Below are positions 51,894-60,928 of a stretch of 64,000 nucleotides of DNA, piece after piece; the stretch's first letter is position 1; each line of letters opens with the position of its first letter. Under the pieces are notes generated by a model. That model was not told the origin of the DNA. It worked only from the letters and a program-made list of their open reading frames with translations, and did not search any database. The position numbers and the translations under genes were made by a program. The stretch is from NCBI GenBank assembly GCA_049519175.1, contig JBEKQZ010000001.1:335679-399678 (forward strand), read 5' to 3'. This DNA is from Candidatus Levyibacteriota bacterium (GTDB lineage Bacteria > Patescibacteriota > Microgenomatia > Levybacterales > UBA12049).

Positions 51894-52109
51894 ATAACAG
51901 AGGCATATAAAACACCAAAGCATTCTTTATTAAGAGACGTCATAATAGATGGAGACGTACAGGGTTGTATTGAATGGATTAACGTACAACCGAACGGAGC
52001 TTTATTTATGCAACCGGTATTAAATAGAAGACATGATCTAGCTAGAAATCCACAAGTAAGAGCGGCAATACGAGTCCAAAAAGGAAGACCACCGGTTACG
52101 TCTCAATAA
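51894..52109 (+). pseudogene. Unannotated 71-codon ORF starting at ATA (decayed or non-canonical start)
   Basis: Open frame ITEAYKTPKHSLLRDVIIDGDVQGCIEW...PPVTSQ*, 9 nt after the -10 box. Confidence 0.5.
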
Positions 52110-52115
52110 CCCTAA

Positions 52116-54101
52116 TTAACTCTTTAGAAGCCTGATTTGGTCTCGTAAAATCGTGGCGGTTTCGAAATCTAATTCCTTAGCGGCTTCGTGCATTTCCTTA
52201 CTTAATCTTTTGACTAACTTCTCTTTTTCATCCGACAACAAGACGTCTTTTTTACTCAAAGTTAACAAATAATTTATTTCTTCTTCGTGTTGTTCTTTTT
52301 CCACCATTCTCTCCCGGATAATTTTTTCAATCGAGCGGGGAGTAGTATGGTTTTTTTTGTTATAAGTCAATTGAATATCGCGTCTTCTGTCGACTTCGTC
52401 AATGGCTGCTTTCATCGATCCTGTTACTACGTCGGCATACATTAGCACTTCGGCGTCAACATTTCTGGCCGCTCTTCCCATGGTTTGAATAAGTGATGTT
52501 CGGCTTCTTAAAAAACCTTCTTTGTCAGCGTCTAGAATAACAACCAGTGAAACTTCGGGCAAATCTAAACCCTCCCTTAATAAGTTTATTCCGACCAGAA
52601 CGTCATGGTCTCCCCGTCTTAACCTGTCCAAAACGTCCTGTCTTTCCAAAGTCTCAATGTCCGAATGTAAATAAGCAACTTTAATATTTCTTTCTTCAAG
52701 ATAGGAAGACAAATCTTCGGCCATTCTTTTGGTCAGAGTAGTAACCAAAACCCGCTGTTTTTTCTTAACCCGTTTGGCAATTTCTAAAATTAAATCCTCA
52801 ATTTGTCCCTTCGTCGGCCGGATCGTTACTCTCGGATCAACTAAACCGGTTGGCCGCACTAATTGTTCGACAATTCCGTCATTTTCGGTTGCCAAAGACA
52901 ATTCATATTCGTCCGGTGTCGCGCTAACGTAAATACGTTGCTTAGTCCTTGGCATAAATTCCTCAAACCGGAGCGGGCGATTGTCTAAAGCCGAAGGTAA
53001 ACGGAATCCGTATTCAATTAAAGTTTCTTTTCTGGCCCGATCGCCGTTATACATTCCCCTAATTTGCGGAACCGTGATGTGTGATTCATCAATAATGGTT
53101 AAGAAATCGTCGGAACATTTTTTGAAATAGTCTAGTAGAGTATAAGGCGGCTGCCCCGGCTGCCGACCATCAAAATAGCGGGAATAATTTTCGATGCCGT
53201 TAACGTAACCCAGTTCACGAATCATATCTAAATCAAAATTGGTGCGCTGATTCAATCGTTGCGCTTCTAATAATTTACCCCGATTTTTCAGTTCGGTTAC
53301 ACGTTTATCCAGGTCGCTTCGAATCTGAGGAAAAACATCTTTGTAAGAATTTGGGTCGGTCATATAGTGTTTGGCCGGATAAATCACCGCCGTTTTTAAT
53401 TCATTAATTGTTTCGCCGGTCAACGGGTCAAATTCCAAAATCGCCTGGACGATACTATTCTTCATAACCATTCTTAAACCGTAGTCCAAATACGCCGGGA
53501 ATAAATCGATATCTTCACCCCTAACTCTAAATGTTCCGCGGCTGGCGCCATAATCGTTTCGCTCATATTGCAAATCGGCCAGGCGCACGAGAATGCTTTT
53601 TTGGTCAATCCTCACGCCCTGAGCCAATTCCATAACAAATTTGCCATACTCCAGAGGCGACCCAAGATTGTAAATGCAGGAAACCGAAGCGACGACGATG
53701 ACGTCTTTTCTGGTCAAAAGGTTAGTGGTTGCTGCCAACCGTAATTTGTCGATTTCTTCATTAATCTCAACCTCTTTTTCAATATAGGTATCACTTTGCG
53801 GTATGTAGGCTTCAGGTTGATAATAATCGTAGTAAGAAACAAAGTAGCAAACGGCATTGCTAGGGAAAAAATCCCGAAATTCCTGATAAAGTTGTCCAGC
53901 CAAAGTTTTGTTGTGGGAAATTATCAGTGTTGGCTTTTGCACGTTTTGAATAACGTTTGCCATCGTAAAAGTTTTTCCACTGCCGGTAACTCCTAAAAGA
54001 ACTTGGTTTTCTTTATTTTCTTCTAGTCCCTGGGTTAATTTTTCTATCGCCTGTGGTTGATCGCCGGTTGGCTTAAAATCCGAAACCAGTTTAAATTTCA
54101 T
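52116..54101 (-). CDS. uvrB: Excinuclease ABC subunit B
   Basis: GDQP.AI, GVTGSGKT, YYDYYQPEAY, DESH, LREGLDLPEV. Confidence 0.98.
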   Translation of the reverse strand: MKFKLVSDFKPTGDQPQAIEKLTQGLEENKENQVLLGVTGSGKTFTMANVIQNVQKPTLIISHNKTLAGQLYQEFRDFFPSNAVCYFVSYYDYYQPEAYIPQSDTYIEKEVEINEEIDKLRLAATTNLLTRKDVIVVASVSCIYNLGSPLEYGKFVMELAQGVRIDQKSILVRLADLQYERNDYGASRGTFRVRGEDIDLFPAYLDYGLRMVMKNSIVQAILEFDPLTGETINELKTAVIYPAKHYMTDPNSYKDVFPQIRSDLDKRVTELKNRGKLLEAQRLNQRTNFDLDMIRELGYVNGIENYSRYFDGRQPGQPPYTLLDYFKKCSDDFLTIIDESHITVPQIRGMYNGDRARKETLIEYGFRLPSALDNRPLRFEEFMPRTKQRIYVSATPDEYELSLATENDGIVEQLVRPTGLVDPRVTIRPTKGQIEDLILEIAKRVKKKQRVLVTTLTKRMAEDLSSYLEERNIKVAYLHSDIETLERQDVLDRLRRGDHDVLVGINLLREGLDLPEVSLVVILDADKEGFLRSRTSLIQTMGRAARNVDAEVLMYADVVTGSMKAAIDEVDRRRDIQLTYNKKNHTTPRSIEKIIRERMVEKEQHEEEINYLLTLSKKDVLLSDEKEKLVKRLSKEMHEAAKELDFETATILRDQIRLLKS

Positions 54102-54174
54102 CCTTCAATTTTAACACATATTGATACTGTTTGACTGCTTGACAATGTTTGAATAATTTTCGTATAAAATAATA

Positions 54175-54193
54175 GGACACAAATTTTGCGTCC
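54175..54193. promoter_or_regulatory. Imperfect palindrome in the uvrB/lexA divergent region, candidate LexA operator
   Basis: GGACACAAA-T-TTTGCGTCC (8/9 pairs), downstream of TTGACA (54139) and the -10-like TATAAAAT. Confidence 0.45.
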
Positions 54194-54202
54194 AAAAGAA
54201 AT

Positions 54203-54832
54203 ATGTCAGGAGTTTTATACCGAAAAGAAAGAGCAGTGCTGGAGTTTTTAGCCCAATTTCAAAGGCAATTTGGTTACTCGCCGACATTGGCTGAAATAGC
54301 CCAAGGCACGGGGCATAAAAGTAATTCGACTGTCCATACCTTAATCAGATCTTTAGTTGATAAAGGCTATGTACAAAAAGTGGACGGTAATACACGGGTG
54401 CTAAAAATCGTTGACGAAAAAGTGACACTGTCTTTAATGGGTAGTAAACCGGCGATTGAACTGCCGTTGTTAGGCTTTATTGCCGCCGGAAAGCCATTGG
54501 AACCATATACCGACCCAAACGCTTCTTTTTTTGTGTCGGCATCACTTTTGTCTGGGAAAAGCACCGCTTATGTTTTACAGATAAAAGGCAAGTCAATGAT
54601 TGAAGACGGCATTTTAGACGGGGACTATGTCGTGATTGAAAAAGTGGCCGAAGCGGTAAACGGCGACATTGTGGTGGCGATTGTCGACGATAATCTGGCG
54701 ACACTAAAAAAATTCTTTAAGGAAGATGGCCGAGTGGTTTTGCGACCGGCCAATTCGGAAATGTCACCAATTTATCCAACGCAATTAACGATTCAAGGAA
54801 AAGTGGTAGGATTGGTGAGGAAATTTGAATAA
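54203..54832 (+). CDS. lexA: SOS repressor LexA
   Basis: Winged HTH (SPT..EI), AAG cleavage site, G.SM, TLK catalytic Ser/Lys. Confidence 0.95.
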   Translation: MSGVLYRKERAVLEFLAQFQRQFGYSPTLAEIAQGTGHKSNSTVHTLIRSLVDKGYVQKVDGNTRVLKIVDEKVTLSLMGSKPAIELPLLGFIAAGKPLEPYTDPNASFFVSASLLSGKSTAYVLQIKGKSMIEDGILDGDYVVIEKVAEAVNGDIVVAIVDDNLATLKKFFKEDGRVVLRPANSEMSPIYPTQLTIQGKVVGLVRKFE

Positions 54833-54835
54833 GCC

Positions 54836-55000
54836 ATGGAAAGAAGAGGTAAAAATACCAGTCCAGTTCAAGCTGATGCCACATCAAGATATCAAGCGTT
54901 AATGTATGAACGAACAAGACAGTCTGTTCCGCAACCTGCTTCTTGTCTGGCAAGTTATCTAAGGAGGAGAAGCACCAGAGGGTCTACTCGACAAAGCTAG
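54836..55000 (+). CDS. Possible small ORF (54 aa) or pseudogene after lexA
   Basis: ATG 3 nt after the lexA stop; frame fills the gap to dedA (MERRGKNTSPVQADATSRYQ...). Confidence 0.35.
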   Translation: MERRGKNTSPVQADATSRYQALMYERTRQSVPQPASCLASYLRRRSTRGSTRQS

Positions 55001-55006
55001 AATAGT

Positions 55007-55630
55007 TTATCTTCTGAATTTAATAATTTTTAATTTGTAGTTGATATAAAATAAGCAGCCGAGAATTAAAAAAACTACAATCGCCAATTCAAATTTACGG
55101 AAATATCCGCCCAAAATTCCCCATTTACTGCCCAAATAAAAACCGACATAGGTAACCAAAGGGACATAAATTAATACAGCCAGCAGATTGCTAATTATAA
55201 ACTTCGTGAATTTAACTTCGGTAATACCAGCGGCAACGGCGATGAAAGATTTGACTCCCGGTAACATTTTGCCTACAAAAACTACCGGTGCTCCGTATTT
55301 TTTGATCCACGTTGTTGCTAATTTGTAATCATGTTCCGTCACCAGAATAAATTTACCATATCTTTTGATTAATGAGAGCAGTAAATTTTCTTCTAACAAA
55401 AACCCAATGGCGTAACCGATTAAAGAACCAACAAAATCACCGAAAATTCCAGCTATAATCACGAAAAGTAAAACTAAATTTCCTTGACTAGACAAAAATC
55501 CGGCAAAAGGCAACGTTACCTCCGAGGGAATTGGAATTGCGGAAGCGTTTAAAACCATTAAGGCGAAAACGCCGAAGTAGCCTGCGGATTGGATTAAGTG
55601 TATAATAATGCCTGGGAAACTTTCTAACAT
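55007..55630 (-). CDS. dedA: DedA family membrane protein
   Basis: PIPSE..LPFAG, G...GS..GY..G, GK.LPGVK.FI...AG; start ATG 55630. Confidence 0.9.
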   Translation of the reverse strand: MLESFPGIIIHLIQSAGYFGVFALMVLNASAIPIPSEVTLPFAGFLSSQGNLVLLFVIIAGIFGDFVGSLIGYAIGFLLEENLLLSLIKRYGKFILVTEHDYKLATTWIKKYGAPVVFVGKMLPGVKSFIAVAAGITEVKFTKFIISNLLAVLIYVPLVTYVGFYLGSKWGILGGYFRKFELAIVVFLILGCLFYINYKLKIIKFRR

Positions 55631-55632
55631 AA

Positions 55633-56322
55633 ATGGGAATTTTATACATTGTATCAACACCAATCGGAAATTTACAAGACATCACTCTTCGGGCAATCGA
55701 AATTATTAAGAAAACCGAATATATTGCTTGTGAAGATACCCGCAAAACCGGATTTTTAATTAAAGCTTTGTCGGAACAGTTTGGTTCGTTTGGCGACAAA
55801 TTTCTGTTTTCGGTTTACGAAGAGAATGAAATTAAAAGAATTCCGGAAGTACTAAATGTTTTGGAAAACGGCAAGAATGTGGTTTTAGTTTCCGACGCCG
55901 GCACACCGCTTATTTCCGACCCTGGATTTAAATTAGTCCGCGAGTGCATCGCTAAAGGAGCCCGAGTCGAATCAATTCCCGGGCCCTCATCGGTGATTTC
56001 AGCCTTAGTTGTTTCGGGACTTCCTACGGATAAATTTACCTTTGTCGGTTTCTTGCCAAAAAAACCCGGACATAGATTATCGCTTTTAGAAAATTTGCAG
56101 AAATCCTTGGAATTAGTTAAATCTACAATCATCTTGTTTGAGTCGCCTTTTCGTTTGGTCAAAACGCTGGAGGAGCTAAAACAGGTTTTTGGTGATAGGG
56201 AAGTAGTTGTGGTCCGGGAGCTGACTAAAATTCACGAGGAAGTGAAAAGAGGAAAAATCTCGGAATTGATTACACATTTTCAAAAAATTAAACCCAAAGG
56301 AGAAATCATCGTGCTTTTCTAA
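55633..56322 (+). CDS. rsmI: 16S rRNA C1402 2'-O-methyltransferase
   Basis: LYIVSTPIGNL.DIT.RA, EDTR, SDAGTP.ISDPG, RELTK.HEE. Confidence 0.95.
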   Translation: MGILYIVSTPIGNLQDITLRAIEIIKKTEYIACEDTRKTGFLIKALSEQFGSFGDKFLFSVYEENEIKRIPEVLNVLENGKNVVLVSDAGTPLISDPGFKLVRECIAKGARVESIPGPSSVISALVVSGLPTDKFTFVGFLPKKPGHRLSLLENLQKSLELVKSTIILFESPFRLVKTLEELKQVFGDREVVVVRELTKIHEEVKRGKISELITHFQKIKPKGEIIVLF

Positions 56323-57578
56323 AGCGACTTCAGTTGGTTTTGAATCTGCGAAAGCCGGTTATATTTCGCGACCCGTTCGCCTCTAGCCGGTGCGCCAAAC
56401 TTAACGTAATCAGCCGATGCGGCCACCGCAAAATCGGCGATAAAATCATCATTTGTTTCGCCGGAACGATGGGAAACTGTAATTTTTAGTCCCGCTGCCC
56501 GTGCCATTTCCACTACCGCCAAAGCCTCAATCACCGTCCCAATTTGGTTTGGTTTAACGATAATTCCCGTAATCGCTTTTTTCTGCAAAGCGGTCTGTAA
56601 TCGATAAGGATTAGTTGCCGTTAAATCGTCTCCCACAATTAACATTTGACTGCCTAACTGCGAACAAAGCTCTGTCCAGTTGTCCCAGTCATCCTCGGAT
56701 AAACCATCTTCAAGATAAAGAAAATGATATTGTTCGTTGAGCATTTTGTAAAAAGCGATTAAGTCTTTGGCCGAAAGAGAAGACGATTTGTCCTTAATGT
56801 GATATTGATTTTGCGAATAGAAATTGTCGGCGGCCGTATCCATGCCAAAAAACACATCAAAACCCAGTCTTAAGTTAGTTGATTCAACCGCACGTTTTAA
56901 AAGCAGTAACGCTTCTTGGTTAGAGGCCAGTTTCGGCGAAAAACCTCCTTCATCACCGATTAAAGTCGATAAGTTATTGGTTTCGATATTTTTTCTTAGA
57001 GAATAATAAATATCGGAAATCATTTTTAGCGATTCCTCGTAGGATTTAGATGTCGCCGGAATCACCAAAAATTCCTGAAAATCAAAATTATCCTCGGCGT
57101 GTTTACCACCATTGATTAAATTAAATAAGGGAGAGGGAATTTTTAGCGGTAGACTTTCTTTTTTAATAAATTCCCTAAGATATAAAAACAACGGCAGAAC
57201 AGAGCTTTTAGCTGAAGCTTTGGCAACTGCCATTGAAACCGAAAGGGTCGCATTGGCACCCAGGCGCCCTTTGTTTGACGTGCCATCCAAATCAATCATT
57301 TTTTTATCAATTTCCTGTTGACGGGAAGCGTCCATACCAATTAAATTGGGGGCAATTAATTTATTAACGTTCATAAGCGCGTTTAGTACTCCCAAACCCT
57401 GAAAGCGCGCTTGGTCATTATCTTTTAAATCAACCGCTTCATATTTTCCGACCGAAGTTCCGGTGGGAGATGAGGCAATGCCGGTGGCGCCATCGGACAA
57501 AATCACTGTCGTTTCAACGGTCGGATTGCCTTTGGCGTTGAGGATTTCCCGGGCAGATATCTGTTTAATTTTGGCCAT
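56319..57578 (-). CDS. eno: Enolase
   Basis: GNPTVE, LGANA, NGGKH, QEF, GDEGG, GDDL, SHRSGET. Confidence 0.96.
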   Translation of the reverse strand: MAKIKQISAREILNAKGNPTVETTVILSDGATGIASSPTGTSVGKYEAVDLKDNDQARFQGLGVLNALMNVNKLIAPNLIGMDASRQQEIDKKMIDLDGTSNKGRLGANATLSVSMAVAKASAKSSVLPLFLYLREFIKKESLPLKIPSPLFNLINGGKHAEDNFDFQEFLVIPATSKSYEESLKMISDIYYSLRKNIETNNLSTLIGDEGGFSPKLASNQEALLLLKRAVESTNLRLGFDVFFGMDTAADNFYSQNQYHIKDKSSSLSAKDLIAFYKMLNEQYHFLYLEDGLSEDDWDNWTELCSQLGSQMLIVGDDLTATNPYRLQTALQKKAITGIIVKPNQIGTVIEALAVVEMARAAGLKITVSHRSGETNDDFIADFAVAASADYVKFGAPARGERVAKYNRLSQIQNQLKSL

Positions 57579-57583
57579 AGCGG

Positions 57584-59839
57584 TTATTTACGTAATAATT
57601 CTTTTTCGGTTTGCGCCAGCAGTTTCCGGGTTATATCAATGGCATCGGGTGAAACCGAAACACTGGTTATTCCCCAGGACACTAAATCTCTTACCAGCTC
57701 AGGATAAGTTGAAACAGCTTGTCCGCACATCGAAGCGGTAATGCCGTATTTATGGGCAGTTTTAACGACGTGTTCAAAAGCCCATAGCGGCGCCGGATAC
57801 ATTTCGTTAAATTCACTGGCAACTTCCGAATTGTCTCTATCAGTTCCCATTATCAACATCGTTAAGTCGTTGGAACCAATCGAAACGCCGTCGATGCCAA
57901 CTTCGATAAACTTTTCAAACATTATGACGTTAGAAGGAATTTCCACCATCATCCACAATTTAAAAGTGGACGAGCGTTCCAAGCCCGCTTCGTTAATCAG
58001 TTTTTTAACCGCCACTAATTCTTCCACCGTCCGGACAAACGGAATCATAATCCACAAATTTTTATAGCCCATTTTGTTACGGACGATTTTAATTGCTTCG
58101 AGTTCCAGTTTAAAAACTTCGGGATCATGAACGTAACGGAAAGCACCCCGAAAGCCTAGCATCGGATTACTTTCTTCCGGCTCAAAATCCTTGCCGCCGA
58201 CTAAATTGCGGTATTCATTGGTTTTGAAATCCGAAGCGCGGTAAACCACCGGCCGCGGGTCAAAAGCCGAGCAAAATTTACCCAAATCGGTTGCTAATCG
58301 TTCAATAAATTCATGACGTTTGCCGTCTCTGATCATTTTTTTTGGATGCACACCAATGCCCGCCATCATAAATTCAGCCCGCAGTAGTCCAACGCCATCC
58401 ACGTTTCGTTTGGCAATTCCGTCGGCCAAATCCGGTTCCGCCAAATTGACATACAGTTTAGTCGCGGTTTTAACATTGAGATATGGATTATCAACGTGTC
58501 GGGTTTGTTTGGTGGCAAATCCACCTTTGTAGACTTCACCGGTCGTGCCGTTAACCGTAATAATATTACCGTTTTTAATCATTTTTGTGGCTTTGACTGT
58601 GCCGACCACCGCCGGAACACCCAGTTCCCGCGAAACAATTGCCGCGTGAGAAGTTCGTCCGCCGCTGTCAGTAACAATGGCGACAGCTTTTTTCATCGCC
58701 GGCACAAAATCCGGGTTGGTTTCCGGCGCGACTAATACATCGCCGGGCAAAACTTTGTCAATTTCTTTGGCGGAAAAAATCACCCGCGCCGGACCGGCGG
58801 CAATCCCGGGACTGGCCGGATCACCTTTAAGAATGACGTCCGACGCCGGCACATTTTTAACCGTGACCACATCGTTGGTAGTTTTGGTGGTAGTGACAGA
58901 ACGGGTTTGTACAATAAAAATCTGGTTTTCCTCAATTGCCCATTCAATGTCCTGCGGAAAATAATAATGTTTTTCCAGTTTCTCTCCAAGTTTTGCCAAG
59001 TCGACAATCTGCGCATCGCTTATTTTTTGTTTGGAGCCCATTTTTTCCGACAGCTTAACTTCTTTGTTTTTGGTGCCGACTTTGACCAGCATTTCATGCT
59101 GCAAGGAAAACTTTTTGGTGGTAATCGAAAAATCGGATTTTAAAACTTCGTAATGGTCAGGGTTTTCCTCACCCTGCACAATCAATTCACCTAATCCATA
59201 AATTGCTTCGATCACAATCTTCGATTTATCATTGGTGACCGGGTCAATCGTAAACATCACGCCGGATTTTTCCGACTCAATCATTTTTTCCACCACCAAA
59301 GCAATACCTACCAAGACGTGATCGAAGTGTTGTTGGTGGCGGTAAAAAATTGCCCGCGCATCAAAAAGCGACGCCCAACCCTCTTTTATTTTTTCTAAAA
59401 GCACAGCGTCTCCTTTAACGTTTAAGAAAGTTTCCTGAGCGCCGGCGAATGAAGCGTTAGCCAAATCCTCGGCGGTTGCAGACGATCTGACAGCTACCAG
59501 TGGATGCTCCAAGGCTCCACCGAGCTTGTTATAGGCAGTCACGATTTGTTTAGTTAAATCCTCGGAAAGTTTTCCCGTGCGGACTAATTTTTTAATTTGC
59601 GCCGAAAGTTTATCCAAAGAATCCGAATTATCAAACTTGGCGGTAGACAACAGGTGCTTTATTTTAACATCGAGTTGATTATCTTTAATAAATTCATAGT
59701 ATGCATGCGAAGTAACGACGAAACCGTTGGGAACAGGGAAACCGGCGTTAGCCATTTCACCGAGATTTGCACCCTTACCACCGACCAGCGGCACATCATT
59801 TTTGTCTATTTCCGTAAACCATGCAACAAATTTAGGCAT
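57584..59839 (-). CDS. ppsA: Phosphoenolpyruvate synthase (pyruvate, water dikinase)
   Basis: VGGKGANLGE, VRSSATAED, TSHAAIVSRE, NPMLGFRG, SIGSNDL. Confidence 0.95.
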   Translation of the reverse strand: MPKFVAWFTEIDKNDVPLVGGKGANLGEMANAGFPVPNGFVVTSHAYYEFIKDNQLDVKIKHLLSTAKFDNSDSLDKLSAQIKKLVRTGKLSEDLTKQIVTAYNKLGGALEHPLVAVRSSATAEDLANASFAGAQETFLNVKGDAVLLEKIKEGWASLFDARAIFYRHQQHFDHVLVGIALVVEKMIESEKSGVMFTIDPVTNDKSKIVIEAIYGLGELIVQGEENPDHYEVLKSDFSITTKKFSLQHEMLVKVGTKNKEVKLSEKMGSKQKISDAQIVDLAKLGEKLEKHYYFPQDIEWAIEENQIFIVQTRSVTTTKTTNDVVTVKNVPASDVILKGDPASPGIAAGPARVIFSAKEIDKVLPGDVLVAPETNPDFVPAMKKAVAIVTDSGGRTSHAAIVSRELGVPAVVGTVKATKMIKNGNIITVNGTTGEVYKGGFATKQTRHVDNPYLNVKTATKLYVNLAEPDLADGIAKRNVDGVGLLRAEFMMAGIGVHPKKMIRDGKRHEFIERLATDLGKFCSAFDPRPVVYRASDFKTNEYRNLVGGKDFEPEESNPMLGFRGAFRYVHDPEVFKLELEAIKIVRNKMGYKNLWIMIPFVRTVEELVAVKKLINEAGLERSSTFKLWMMVEIPSNVIMFEKFIEVGIDGVSIGSNDLTMLIMGTDRDNSEVASEFNEMYPAPLWAFEHVVKTAHKYGITASMCGQAVSTYPELVRDLVSWGITSVSVSPDAIDITRKLLAQTEKELLRK

Positions 59840-59871
59840 TAAGATTATTATGGGAGAAATTTACAAAATTA

Positions 59872-60492
59872 TCAAGCGGCTTGTTTCTTTAGGGGGTATT
59901 CTGAAACTTCGATGATTTGAATGTCGGGAGCCCTTTTGTACTTTGGATTTTTTTTGAGCGTTGGCTGGCCGTTTTCTTCAATCACATAATAGCAAAAGCC
60001 CTGCATTTTTTTAACCGCTTCGTAATCGGCGTGCCCAGGCACGCTCACCGGGTTTGCTTCATCGAAATTAACGGGGGAGTCATCGGCGGTAACAAAATAG
60101 GTCTTGGAAATGTTTACCACTAAGTGCCCCCATTCGGAAGGAATAAAAATATGGTCGCCAGGCTTAACGTGCACCACAAAGACTTGTTCTATTTCGTCAT
60201 CAATCGGATTTCCGTTTGCATCCAAAGCTCTCTTTTGTAAAATCGCGATACCGTCGCCGAAAATTATCCAATAAGTTTCGTCCAATTTGCCAACGTGATA
60301 GTGTCCGTAGGTTTTAATGTATTCTCCGCCAACCGTTCCCGGTTCCCAAACCGTAATATTTTTTTGCTCACTACCACCGCGCACCATATGGTATTGAATT
60401 TCCGGGCCAGGAGCTTGTGGATCCATTAGTACTTCTTGCATTTTTTCGTAGGTTCTGGGCGCGTAATGTTTAGTAGAAAAATCTTGACTCAT
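59872..60492 (-). CDS. Cupin-type (archaeal-like) glucose-6-phosphate isomerase
   Basis: PG.VG.EY.KT.GHYH, E.Y....G, P..GH...N. Confidence 0.8.
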   Translation of the reverse strand: MSQDFSTKHYAPRTYEKMQEVLMDPQAPGPEIQYHMVRGGSEQKNITVWEPGTVGGEYIKTYGHYHVGKLDETYWIIFGDGIAILQKRALDANGNPIDDEIEQVFVVHVKPGDHIFIPSEWGHLVVNISKTYFVTADDSPVNFDEANPVSVPGHADYEAVKKMQGFCYYVIEENGQPTLKKNPKYKRAPDIQIIEVSEYPLKKQAA

Positions 60493-60926
60493 AAATCTTT
60501 TCTCTCTTCTTTTCTCAATTCTTCTGTTTCATCCGGTCTTTTGTAATCATCTTCCAACCTAAAAGTAGTACCAATTTCCGGCGTTGATACTTCCAAAACA
60601 TCGCAATCGGTTATACCAACTAACCTATGTCTTTGTCCGATCGAGCAACTGTAGCCTTTGCCGCTTTCTAATTCGGTTTCAATTAATTCGCCTTGAGTAT
60701 TGTCCCAAACCACTTTCGCCCGACCATTCAAAAGTAGCCAACTTTCTTGTTTTTGGTCGTGGACCTGCAATGAAAGTCTTTTTCCTTCATTAATATGTAA
60801 AATTTTCCCCATATAGGGTTTGTCTTCGGGCACCCAGTGTATTTCGTAGCCCCAAGGTTTTTCAATCCTTTTTGCAAAAGGGGAATTGCTGAACTTGGTT
60901 TTGTCAAACTGACTTAAATCAATCAT
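60489..60926 (-). CDS. Cupin protein, mannose-6-phosphate isomerase type II-like
   Basis: KPWG, LSLQ.H..K.E, HRL, EVSTP, R.EDDY.R. Confidence 0.8.
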   Translation of the reverse strand: MIDLSQFDKTKFSNSPFAKRIEKPWGYEIHWVPEDKPYMGKILHINEGKRLSLQVHDQKQESWLLLNGRAKVVWDNTQGELIETELESGKGYSCSIGQRHRLVGITDCDVLEVSTPEIGTTFRLEDDYKRPDETEELRKEERKDL

Positions 60927-60928
60927 AT

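Noticed and set aside
54717-54953. 78-aa minus-strand ORF
   Set aside because: Overlaps the lexA 3' end antisense with no support
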